From: Balanoglossus misakiensis
Lineage: Eukaryota > Animalia > Hemichordata
Direction: 5' to 3'
DNA: 64,000 nucleotides
Assembly: GCA_040954595.2 (NCBI GenBank)
Contig: CM082581.2
Coordinates: 2,100,699 to 2,164,698, forward strand
This document shows positions 37,157-50,000 of the stretch, in pieces (position 1 is the first letter of the stretch; every line of letters starts with the position of its first letter). The notes below the pieces were generated by a model, which did no database searches, was not told the origin of the DNA, and saw only the letters and a program-made list of their open reading frames with translations. Made by a program: the position numbers and the translations under genes.

Positions 37157-40100
37157 ATGGCTGATGTCGCTCTCGGTCCGTCTTCTAAAGAAAGCGAGAA
37201 AGATCGCGTCAAGTTGACATTTTCGGAGAGGAGAAGTGCCTCGCGGAAGCAGTCCAAGGTTGGTGGCGGGTACGAACGTGTATCACAACAAACGTGTAAA
37301 CCGGAACAATGTGAGGAGAAGCTCGAGGCACTCTTGGACGTGCACAGAAAAGCGCCCGAGAAACAGAAAATCGTCCAAGGCCTGCTGTATGTTGTACACC
37401 AATTGATGGTGAGAAGTGATTTTGATGGAAAGGTGAAAGGGTATTTACGCTTCAAAGATGTCTATGGACTGTATTGCGGATTTTTTGAAACTCAGCCAAC
37501 TGAACATGAATTCCGTGACCAACTGCTACATCCTGACCACGTACTCAATGTAACAGTTGTCACACTGGCAGGGTGTAGATATATCATACTCAATAACAGT
37601 TTTGTTAGCTTTACTGATTTGTTCGTAGAACTAGAACATGCTACAGATCGCAAAGATACTGCAAGATTTCCTTTGACAATCGAATCCCTGCATGATATCA
37701 TTGCAACCATGGACACAGAGTATGATAAATCTGTTGTGAAAGCTGTTCTTTTTGCATCAAACTCAAGAAATGACATGCATATGCTTGGAGTAAAACCAAA
37801 CAGAGCTGTACAGTTTCTTTCCAAAGTGTTAGTTTCTGCAGAAGAATTCAAAAATGCCACTGAAGCAGCCCAAGATGTCCTTGTTCGTAGGGTGAAGGAA
37901 AAGATTAACAAAATAGTACAGCAAATAGAAGATGTTGATGCCAGACTAGACAGTTGTAGTTTGTCTGATAAAAGAAGAAGTGATCTATGTGCAGAGAGAG
38001 ATTGCTTAGAAAAACGAAAGCGGGAATTAGCATTATTGTTAACTCCAGAAGATAAAAGTAGTAGGAGACGAGCCCTGCAATCTAAGAAGCGGATCGCTCA
38101 AACATTGCTGGAAGAAAATCGGGTAAAGCGTAGAAAGCTTGGAGGAGGTGCACCTCGCCTTCTAGATACAGAGGATGAACTTTTCATCGCAAAAGCTGTT
38201 GAAGAAAAAAGTACAGCACATGGGCGAAGACATAATATTACACTTTACTCTCACCACCGTGTTAAGAAGAGACATTTTCTGTCCCTAGCGAATTACATGC
38301 TGCTCCAAAGGGGAAAGAAATTAATCAAATCAGCAACAACAGTTCTTAATGGAGGCCGTCCTCGAAATGTACGATCCATACAGGCAAAAGCACACATGGG
38401 GAAGTCCTTGTTTTGTGCCAGAAAGCCACCAAAGACTGAGCTACATTCAATGGAGTCCACTCATCATCAGAGGGCACATGTGAAGAATGCTAAATTTAAT
38501 ATGTTTAGCGATTCGGAATGGTCAAACAGCCTTATGATCAGTATGGATGATAAAGCTTACCTAAGACCAGGAACTGATGGTGAGTAAAATTTTGTTGATT
38601 CATGGATTAAGGGCCCAGGACAAGAAACAGTCCCTTTCCAAACAGTCTCTTCTTTCAAATAGTGAAAAACCCATATGAGCTATATATCATTGGAAAGCAT
38701 GAAGCTGTGTGACATGAAATGTAATCAGTTTTTGTCTTCTGTTTTGGTTTAATAGTTGGAGCAAGAGATGTTAAGAAAGGTGTAATCTATGATGTTACAA
38801 ACCCGGAAAAACAGAACAAACTCCCTCAACATGATTTTAGTACGCCTGAAGTACATGTCACTCCGACCTCATTCCGCTTCATCTCTGCCAAAACTGTAAC
38901 TGTTGAAGGTAAGTGTGATTAATGCACTAGTTTGCTGAATATACTTAGTACAGATATCTAAATTGCCAAATATAAAAATCCAAAACATTGTTCACATATG
39001 TACTTCTTGTACACTTGGGAAATGAGTAATTTAATATAGGAATTGACCAATCAGAATCAACCTGTCTTTATGAGACCTTTTTACATTATCTCCTAATTTT
39101 CTTATTCCCTTATAAGGAAATAAAGAACTTGTCAATTAAAAGGATCAAACTGTGGTGGTGATTCGACCTAAACATTTCATTGGGAGCAGTGGAAGTGTCT
39201 GGGCCTCTGACTACTTGATGTTAAGGTAACATTCTAACAATACCAAAGTATGATTAAATTTTGAGTTTTGTATAGTTGTTGAACAGATACATATCCTGCC
39301 TTACAAATACTAAGTGTGGAGCTACTTCCATACATTTTGGTTTGTAGGAGAGAAGAGCCTGAGCTTTTTGAGAAGCAACAAGGACATTCTTCAAATAACC
39401 AGGCTTTGAAGATTTTCTATGCACAAGTCCATGATACAGTCTTCCACTTTAAAGGTAGGTTTGCTCTGCCACTGAAGCAATTATTATTAAATACCCTAAG
39501 TCTTGTTTTTTTGCAAAAATAAATAGTTTTTGAAACAAGTAGGCAGGACAAGTCAAAACAAAAGTTTTTTTCAGTATTTTTGTTGTGCCTTTCAACTACG
39601 CTGGATCCCTGAATCATGATCAAATACCCAGTGTATAGATTCTCAACACAACCTATATGAATATAATTACCATTGTTATTGTTGTAAATTGTTTTCTAAT
39701 CCAGACTAGAATTCATTTGTCAACAATAACAGTGTCATTTCACATATACAGGTTATGTTGAGAGTGAGAATACTAGGCATTTCAGCATGATCTAGAGAAA
39801 CGTAAAGCTGATATACACAGATCCAAAATACTGAAAAAAATAGCCAAAGTTACATCTAATGTCCCTTTAATTAATGCATTTTATTGTACCATAGTCCCCT
39901 TTGTCAGCTAAAGAGGACAATCCTGTTGGTGATTATCCATCCTTTAGTTATGCAGTTCAATTCATGCTTTATAACTACTTTTGTTTATAGATACAACTGT
40001 ACAAGAAGATGTTGAATGTGTGACAACTGATCAAAAATGTGTATTTCGCAAATATGAAGGTGACAGGCTGGCTTGGTTGCATCATCATTTGGAGCAGGCA

Positions 40101-40658
40101 TGGACAAGATTGGATGAATATCTGAAAAGAAGACAGGAGGAGAGTTCATCAGATTTGCTAGAGCCAGTGAAACAGGTTATCCAAAATGCAGAGTTACTGC
40201 TGGGAGAAATAAGGTGCATTTGTAAAATTATTTAATGAGTTCAGTCATTGGCTCTGTTATCGAACCCTGATGTTGAATATCACAGCAAAACATTACTGTC
40301 AGATTTCCCCTTTTGGAAAAATGGAACTATCGCTTTTAGTCACTTTTGAATGCTTATCTTATTTGTTATCTTTTACATTTCAGGACCATTAACAAAGATG
40401 CCCTTTTCGTTGGTTTGACTGGCTTGATTGACATATGTGATATTATCATACAGAAGCTCTCTTTTGTTCAAGCACCTATGTATGGCAATATTCTCAAGAC
40501 GACTGATGCAAGACCAGGTGTTGGTGTCAGCAATGTGGAAGTGAGATATAGAGATGCTGAACTTATACGAATTCATGGAACTGACCGCATGATACGACTA
40601 CACAGAGCACCTGGGGATTCTGGTCAAAATGAGGCAGAAAGATTAAATGCTGCAATAG
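37157..40658 (+). pseudogene. Divergent Zator-like DDE transposase, at least six exons, one in-frame stop, 3' part not in the window
   Basis: Exons 37157-38579, 38756-38908, 39117-39225, 39348-39454, 39991-40213, 40384-40658, all GT-AG and phase-compatible. Motifs ISMDDKAYLRPG, LPQHDF, TTDARPG, HRAPGDSGQNEAER. TAA at 39137-39139. Confidence 0.78.
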
Positions 40659-41980
40659 GTAAGCAGTAGGGCAACAACTTGAAATCCCCATATGCATTTA
40701 ATACCCATGTCAAAGTGAAGAGTTTGCATCACCATCTACTCTGATGCATCATTGAGCTTGCTTCGCCATTTGCCCTAACGCAAAGAATTACATTCAATGT
40801 CACCATTGCATTAGCAATGTCAAAGTACAGTGCTTTCCGCCACGTATTAAACTGGGGATTTACAGTCACCTTTAAATCCCCCTGTAGGCATTTTATACCC
40901 AAGTTCAAGTGCAGAGCTTGCATCACTATCTACCCTGATGCATCATCAACCTTGCTTCGCCATTTACCCTGATGCAAAGAATCAGATTCAATGTCATCGT
41001 TGCATTAGCAATGTCAAAGTACAGTGCTTTTGGACACGTATTAACCCAGGGATTTATCATCAACTTGAAATCCCCATATGCATTTAATACCCATGTCAAA
41101 GTGAAGTGTTTGCATCACTATCTACCCTGATGCATCATAAAGCTTGCTACGCCATTTACCCTGATGCAAAGAATCAGATTCAATGTCATCGTTCCATTAG
41201 CAATGTCAAAGTACAGTGCTTTTGGACACGTATTAACCCAGGGATTTATCATCAACTTGAAATCCCCATATGCATTTAATACCCATGTCAAAGTGAAGTG
41301 ATTGCATCACTATCTACCCTGATGCATCATCAACCTTGCTTCGCCATTTGCCCTGATGCAAATAATCAGATTCAATGTCATCGTTGCATTAGCAATGTCA
41401 AATTAGAGTGCTTTTGGCCACGTATTAACCTATGGATTTACATTTAACATTAAATACCCATGTGAAAGTGCAGAGTTTGCATCACCATCTACTCTGATGC
41501 ATCATTGAGCTTGCTTCGCCATTTGCCCTAATGCAAAGAATCCCATTCAATGTCACCATTGCATATGCAATGTCAAAGTACAGTGCTTTCCGCCACGTAT
41601 TAACCTAGGGATTTACAGACAACTTTAAATCCCCCTGTAGGCATTTTATACCCATGTCAAAGTGCAGAGCTTGCATCACTATCTACCCTGATGCATCATC
41701 AACCTTGCTTCGCCATTTACCCTGATGCAAAGAATCAGATTCAATGTCATCGTTGCATTAGCAATGTTAAAGTACAGTGCTTTTGGACACGTATTAACCC
41801 AGGGATTTACAGACAACTTTAAATCCCCCTGTAGGCATTTTATACCAATGTCAAAGTGAAGGGCTTGAAACACCATCTTCCCAGATGCATCATCAAGCTT
41901 GCTTCGCCTTTTACCCTGATGCAAAAGATCAGAATTAAAATCACTGTTGCATTAGCAATTACAGTGCTTTTGGCCATGTA

Positions 41981-44805
41981 CAGTCCCAACAGAATAGAAC
42001 AACTATTTGTACATTTCTGAATACGGCAAGTAGTACGTCAACCCTACGGGAACCCCTACGGGAACTATTGTTAGTTGTAGCAGAGTTTGCTGCAACAATT
42101 GTCTAAGGCCCATTTCCTTTTGTTACATTTCTGTAAAAACTACAGCAACTCCTTTACAGCAAGCCATTAACAAGGGAAGCTTAACACCTCTACCCGTAAA
42201 TACTGCTGCAACACCTGTCAATTAGCCCCCACAGAGTGATGCCTTTTGTTCAAGGTGTTGATTATTTTGCTACAACTAGAGTGATTGACAGGTCTAGAAC
42301 TAGAGTGCAACATTTTTGCAACAGGTCACTGCAACATTGTATCACAAAGTTTACAAAAGAAGCTCTGTCTGAGAATAAAATGGCAAAGGGCTGACATCAA
42401 ATACCAATGAAGTCAGTTTTGGAATGATGTTATGTTCATCGACAAAGTCTGAACTCTCTTGGTAACAGAACAGTCTGTGGACATGAACAGAGGTCAACAC
42501 ATCCCTACCCCAGTGTTGTAGAATGCACATGTTTTGCTGGGGTTTCTTTTCTTTCAAGGAGCTGGACCAATTAATATTTGAGAGATACAGCATGACCAAT
42601 GGAAAATCAAACACAATGACGCATTTCACAATTGGGTTTAGCTTAAAAGACATTGGCTTTCATTTTTTTGACCTGCTGCCCCCCCCCCCTTACATGAAGA
42701 CCCTGATAATAAATATTAGGCTTGTTTACAAAATAATGTTGGCCTGCAGTACCACGTTCCGCTGCAGTTTGATCTTTAGAACAGACAAGTTTTGAGAGTC
42801 TTGACTATAATTTTGAAGGGTTTCATAAGTAGTAATGGTCTGTATTATTTCAATATTCTATTATTACGGCAATGGATATACACTCATTTTCCGACGGGCA
42901 GTGCTTGAACATGATGGGAAGTGACTGGCAGCAATTAGTTGGCTGGTTTGGGATGAATGACCTACATGTTTACTCATTATATATTCACGCAATTTGTTTA
43001 GTCTAAGCAAGCCCCTGCACTTGGCAGAATTTGGATACAATTTGCCTGTCAATCATTGTCTGGCTACCCCTTGCCCCCAAAGTCCGCGCCTGATAAAATA
43101 CATTCAATGAGCGACCTTTATATCCAGACAGAGAGGGGGTGGCCGCAGTGAATGAATTGATGGTAAGTTTCAAATTCACATGTAAAATTTTAACATTTTC
43201 TGTTCAAATCCAGCCAGTTCAATGAATTGTTTAATCAACATTCCTGAAATAAAAAAGTTGACAACAAAGTGATTACTACGAGCGGGCATGCATGACAGTA
43301 ATGATCGCTGAACTTTCAACAAAATACAGTGGTATAGTGGTTTAGTCCAAATGCTTCTTTGTCAAGCTCTCGGGTGCGTGAATATTCATGAGAAACTTAT
43401 TACTGCGAACGTACATTCACAACATGAAACTAGTCCTATTATTTCAGAGCACTTGCCAAGTGGTCAAATCATGGTGGTAAAAGATGAGTGGCCGGCAAGA
43501 CCGGGCCTAGACGTCCTCCACCTGTGTCAAACGGCTTTTGATGTGAATAATACTTTGCATAAATTACGAGGTCAACATGTGTGGTAGTGCTGGTAGTATC
43601 GATCGATCGACCTGGTAAAAAGATGAGCGGCTAGACGTCCTGCTGCCGTGTCTAACAGCTTTTGACGTGACAAATAATTTGAATAAATTACAAGGTCAAC
43701 ATGTGGCCGATTTCATCATGTAAATAAAAAGCACATGGGTCCAAAAGTTTCAGGCACTCTGATATGCATAGTGGTGTCAGAGGTGTTTCCCACACCAAAA
43801 CTTAGAAGACAGTCATTTCAATTACGGCCTCCTGCCAAACTCAACACATGCGCACAAAATGGAACTGCAACTTTATTCACAAATCTGCAGAATTCTAGTG
43901 CAAAAAACAGACAAACTCAAAATACACATCGCACCATGGTTCACTCTGAATTACATGTATTTGGACTTTCACTGGGCCATGTCTCTGCTTGATAGCATCA
44001 GGTTTGCAACACATTGTTGCCAAATTTACACATATTGACAAGGTAATCAAAACAACAGGTGTTTTATTACTCAGGGTATCACTAATGCCAGGGAGGTCCG
44101 TCTGCGTCTATTTGGTCACCAGCATGGCACACGTCCTGTAATTATAATTGCTGTTTTGAGTGCGTCTTTACCTAATTTGAATATCCTGATCAGGTTGTTG
44201 GCCTTGCCCTAGTTGTCTCAAAATGTACATTGATACAAACAATTGCAACATATTAGTCAATACCCTGCCAACTTACGCCAAGTGTACATGTTGTTATGGA
44301 AGTTTATTTTTAGAACCGCTTGCTTTCTGCATAGGTCACAACACAAAACTTTGAAGCCCGTCAGCTAGCCCTGCATAGCGTATGTAAAGCTACTGAGACA
44401 GGGGAAATATTAGTAAGGTTGACAACTGACTTGCTCGCTATCAAGATTAAGAAGGAATTTATTTGCTTAGTGAGGCCAGGACATAAATTGCCCCCAACCA
44501 AGCAAAATCCACGTGGGTGGAGCTCATTATCACACATAGACATTGCTACAACTATTGTTCACATCAGGGTGATAATCACCTCCCCATTAGCCCTTCTTGC
44601 TGTAACACCTGCCCCAAATTGCCCTAATGGAGCACACATTCTTTTGTTTCAAACTACGGGAACCTTTGTAGTTGCCGTAAACTAAGACAAAAAACATCAA
44701 TTAACCAACAAAAGAGGTGTTGCCGTAACATCTCTGCTACAACACTGCTACAACTAGTGCGGGAACTTTCCCGTACAGTTTAGTTGTTGTACGCTGTTGG
44801 GACTG
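41981..44805. mobile_element. Non-autonomous TIR element (2.8 kb), TA TSD, CAGT termini (Tc1/mariner-like ends)
   Basis: cagtcccaacagaatagaacaacta / tagttgttgtacgctgttgggactg, flanked by TA inside the satellite motif ggcca.gTAttaaccc. Subterminal ctacgggaac repeats. No transposase ORF. Confidence 0.85.
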
Positions 44806-45952
44806 TATTAACCCAGGGATTTACAGTCAACTTTAAATACTCATGCATATGCATTGAAAACCTATGTCAAAGTGCAGAGCTTGCATCACCATCTACTCTG
44901 ATGCATCATAAAGCTTGCTTCGCCATTTGCCCTAATGCAAAGAATCACATTCAATGGCACCATTGCATTAGCAATGTCAAAGTACAGTGCTTTTGGACAC
45001 GTATTAACCTACGGAATTTTAAACAACTTGAAATCCCCATATGCATTTAATACCTATGTCAAAGTGAAGTGTTTGCATCACCATCTACTCTGATGCATCA
45101 TTGAGCTTGCTTCGCCATTTGCCCTAATGCAAAGAATCACATTCAATGTCACCATTGCATTAGTAATGTCAAAGTACAGTGCTTTCCGCCACGTATTAAA
45201 CTGGGGATTTACAGACAACTTTAAATCCCCCTGTAGGCATTTTATACCCAAGTTCAAGTGCAGAGCTTGCATCACTATCTACCCTGATGCATCATCAACC
45301 TTGCTTCGCCATTTACCCTGATGCAAAGAATCAGATTCAATGTCATCGTTGCATTAGCAATGTCAAAGTACAGTGCTTTTGGACATGTATTAACCCAGGG
45401 ATTTATCATCAACTTGAAATCCCCATATGCATTTAATACCCATGTCAAAGTGAAGAGTTTGCATCACTATCTACCCTGATGCATCATAAAGCTTGCTACG
45501 CCATTTACCCTGATGCAAAGAATCAAATTCAATGTCATCGTTGCATTAGCAATGTCAAAGTACAGTGCTTTTGGACACGTATTAACCCAGGGATTTATCA
45601 TCAACTTGAAATCCCCATATTCATTTAATACCCATGTCAAAGTGAAGTGATTGCATCACTATCTACCCTGATGCATCATCAACCTTGCTTCGCCATTTGC
45701 CCTGATGCAAAGAATCAAATTCAATGTGATCGTTGCATTAGCAATGTCAAATTAGAGTGCTTTTGGCCACGTATTAACCTATGGATTTACATTTAACGTT
45801 AAATACCCATGTGAAAGTGCAGAGTTTGCATCACCATCTACTCTGATGCATCATTGAGCTTGCTTCGCCATTTGCCCTAATGCAAAGAATCCCATTCAAT
45901 GTCACCATTGCATATGCAATGTCAAAGTACAGTGCTTTCCGCCACGTATTAA

Positions 45953-47096
45953 AGAGGAACGACACCCACAATTTTGGGCTTCAAAGTCCAAACCGGGTGT
46001 CAAAAACGGCAACGTTCCGATGGGTTAATTCACTTTCACTTCCTGCGCAAGCAGAAGACGCGAGTTGAAAATACTACAGTGACGTCAGCAACTTGCGTTG
46101 CAGTCGACGCGCAGGGCTCTTACACGTTCGACGTGTCATTTCCAATAAACAGACACATTTTGCGCGGATCTGACATGGCGAAATGTCAAGTTCATGACTT
46201 TAAAAACATATTCGGAAAATCGACGGGGATAAGTTTCTTTCAAAGGCAATGCTCTACGTGTATTGTATTTGTCGATGCGTGCAGACATAGACCCTGCAAT
46301 GTCCACGATGCCATGCATGTCGACGTTTATGAACAAACCGTAAGGCCTATACAAAGTTGTTCTAACTGCCGCTGATAATAATAAACGTACCGTTTTAAAT
46401 CCTTCCTGCACATTTTTGGTACACGTATTTGGGTTTAATTTCCATTTATTGACGATCGCATAGTTATCAAATGAAAGCAACTAAAAAGGGCAGTTTTAAT
46501 ACATTTCAAGAGACGAAACATGCATAGAATAACTATGGTATTGGCTTCCATTATACTACGGACGTACTACACCTGGAGAGCAGGACGATGCACCTTCGTT
46601 CTCTTCAACTCCATAAAAGGTGACAAAGTATTTTTGTAAGAAAAGTGGTTCGAAAAGGTGACAACGAGGGAGAGACAACAAGGGAGTATCACCCATGGAG
46701 TGTCTATGGTTTCACTGAAACCACACCAAGTGTAAGCCTTGACAAACGGGACACATCGGAGATCAGAACTGCATGAACTTTTGTCCTCTGTAAAATTCAG
46801 TCGCTTGGTCGTAGAAGGGAATCTCTGGTTCAAAATTGTAGCCTACTACCCGAGAATATGTTGCCATGCTAACGTCGTCGGTCGCGTGAGTGCAGGCGTG
46901 TATAAGCATAGGCTCGCTCCAACGCGTCGGCAGCGGACAACAGTTGCTGACGTCACTCACTTCCGGGTTCGCGCAGTTTATGGCTGGCTGTAGCTCTGTT
47001 ATGCGTAAGTGAAAGTGAATGAAACCAACGTTTTTCATAGTACTTTTTAATCGCATTTCACAGAATTGGCTCAAAAACGGATCACAACGTTCCACT
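45953..47096. mobile_element. Non-autonomous Kolobok-type element, TTAA TSD
   Basis: ttaa|agaggaacg...cgttccact|ttaa inside the satellite motif cacgtaTTAAccc. Inverted subterminal motif attcactttcactt at both ends. RR..YY termini favour Kolobok over piggyBac. Confidence 0.8.
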
Positions 47097-50000
47097 TTAA
47101 CCCAGGGATTTACAGACAACTTTAAATCCCCCTGTAGGCATTTTATACCCATGTCAAAGTGCAGAGCTTGCATCACTATCTACCCTGATGCATCATCAAC
47201 CTTGCTTCACCATTTACCCTGATGCAAAGAATCAAATTCAATGTCATCGTTGCATTAGCAATGTCAAAGTACAGTGCTTTCCGCCACGTATTAACCCAGG
47301 GATTTACAGACAACTTTAAATCCCCCTGTAGGCATTTTATACCCATGTCAAAGTGCAGAGCTTGCATCACTATCTACCCTGATGCATCATAAAGCTTACT
47401 ACGCCATTTACCCTGATGCAAAGAATCAGATTCAATGTCATCATTGCATTAGCAATGTCAAAGTACAATGCTTTTGGACACGTATTAACCCACAGAATTT
47501 TCAACAACCTGAAATCCCCATATGCATTTAATACCCATGTCAAAGTGAAGTGTTTGCATCACTATCTACCCTGATGCATCATACAGCTTGCTACGCCATT
47601 TACCCTGATGCAAAGAATCAGATTCAATGTCATCGTTACATTAGCAATGTCAAAGTACAGTGCTTTTGGACACGTATTAACCCAGGGATTTATCATCAAC
47701 TTGAAATCCCCATATGCATTTAATACCCATGTCAAAGTGAAGTGATTGCATCACTATCTATCCTGATGCATCATCAACCATGCTTCGCCATTTGCCCTGA
47801 TGCAAAGAATCAGATTCAATGTCATCGTTACATTAGCAATGTCAAAGTACAGTGCTTTTGGACACGTATTAACCCAGGGATTTATCATCAACTTGAAATC
47901 CCCATATTCATTTAATACCCATGTCAAAGTGAAGTGATTGCATCGCTATCTACCCTGATGCATTATCAACCTTGCTTCGCCATTTGCCCTGATGCAAAGA
48001 ATCAGATGTAATGTGATCGTTGCATTAGCAATGTCAAATTAGAGTGCTTTTGGCCACGTATTAACCTATGGATTTACATTTAACATTAAATACCCATGTG
48101 AAAGTGCAGAGTTTGCGTCACCATCTACTCTGATGCATCATTGAGCTTGCTTCGCCATTTGCCCTAATGCAAAGAATTCCATTCAATGTCACCATTGCAT
48201 ATGCAATGTCAAAGTACAGTGCTTTCCACCACGTATTAACCCAGGGATTTACAGACAACTTTAAATCCCCCTGTAGGCATTTTATACCCATGTCAAAGTG
48301 CACAGCTTGCATCACTATCTACCCTGATGTATCATAAAGCTTACTACGCCATTTACCCTGATGCAAAGAATCAGATTCAATGTCATCATTGCATTAGCAA
48401 TGTCAAAGTACAATGCTTTTGGACACGTATTAACCCACAGATTTTTCAACAACCTGAAATCCCCATATGCATTTAATACCCATGTCAAAGTGAAGTGTTT
48501 GCTTCACTATCTACCCTGATGCATCATAAAGCTTGCTACGCCATTTACCCTGATGCAAAGAATCAGATTCAATGTCATCGTTACATTAGCAATGTCAAAG
48601 TACAGTGCTTTTGGACACGTATTAACCCAGGGATTTATCATCAACTTGAAATCCCCATATGCATTTAATACCCATGTCAAAGTGAAGTGATTGCATCACT
48701 ATCTATCCTGATGCATCATAAACCTTGCTTCGCCATTTGCCCTGATGCACAGAATCAGATTCAATGTCATCGTTGCATTAGCAATGTCAAATTAGAGTGC
48801 TTTTGGCCACGTATTAACCTATGGATTTACATTTAACATTAAATACCCATGTGAAAGTGCAGAGTTTGCATCACCATCTACTCTGATGCATCATTGAGCT
48901 TGCTTCGCCATTTGCCCTAATGCAAAGAATCCCATTCAATGTCACCATTGCATATGCAATGTCAAAGTAAAGTGCTTTCCGCCACGTATTAACCCAGGGA
49001 TTTACAGACAACTTTAAATCCCCCAGTAGGCATTTTATACCCATGTCAAAGTGCAGAGCTTGCATCACTATCTACCCTGATGCATCATCAACCTTGCTTC
49101 GCCATTTACCCTGATGCAAAGAATCAGATTCAATGTCATCGTTGCATTAGCAATGTCAAAGTACAGTGCTTTTGGACACGTATTAACCCAGGGATTTACA
49201 GACAACTTTAAATCCCCCTGTAGGCATTTTATACCCATGTCAAAGTGAAGTGTTTGCATCACTATCTACCCTGATGCATCATAAAGCTTGCTACGCCGTT
49301 TACCCTGATGCAAAGAATCAGATTCAATGTCATCATTGCATTAGCAATGTCAAAGTACAGTGCTTTTCGACACGTATTAACCCACAGATTTTTCAACAAC
49401 CTGAAATCCCCATATGCATTTAATACCCATGTCAAAGTGAAGTGTTTGCATCACTATCTACCCTGATGCATCATAAAGCTTGCTACGCCATTTACCCTGA
49501 TGCAAAGAATCATATTCAATGTCATCGTTACATTAGCAATGTCAAAGTACAGTGCTTTTGGACACGTATTAACCCAGGGATTTATCATCAACTTGAAATC
49601 CCCATATGCATTTAATACCCATGTCAAAGTGAAGTGATTGCATCACTGTCTACCCTGATGCATCATCAACCTTGCTTCGCCATTTACCCTGATGCAAAGA
49701 ATCAGATTCAATGTCATCGTTACATTAGCAATGTCAAAGTACAGTGCTTTTGGACACGTATTAACCCAGGGATTTATCATCCACTTGAAATCCCCATATG
49801 CATTTAATACCAATGTCAAAGTGAAGTGATTGCATCACTATCTACCCTGATGCATCATCAACCTTGCTTCGCCATTTGCCCAGATGCAAAGAATCAGATT
49901 CAATGTCATCGTTGCATTAGCGATGTCAAATTAGAGTGCTTTTGGCCACGTATTAACCTATGGATTTACATTTAACATTAAATACCCATGTGAAAGTGCA

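Noticed and set aside
43505-43706. Two ~80 bp diverged direct repeats inside the 2.8 kb TA element
   Set aside because: An ordinary internal duplication with no further structure.
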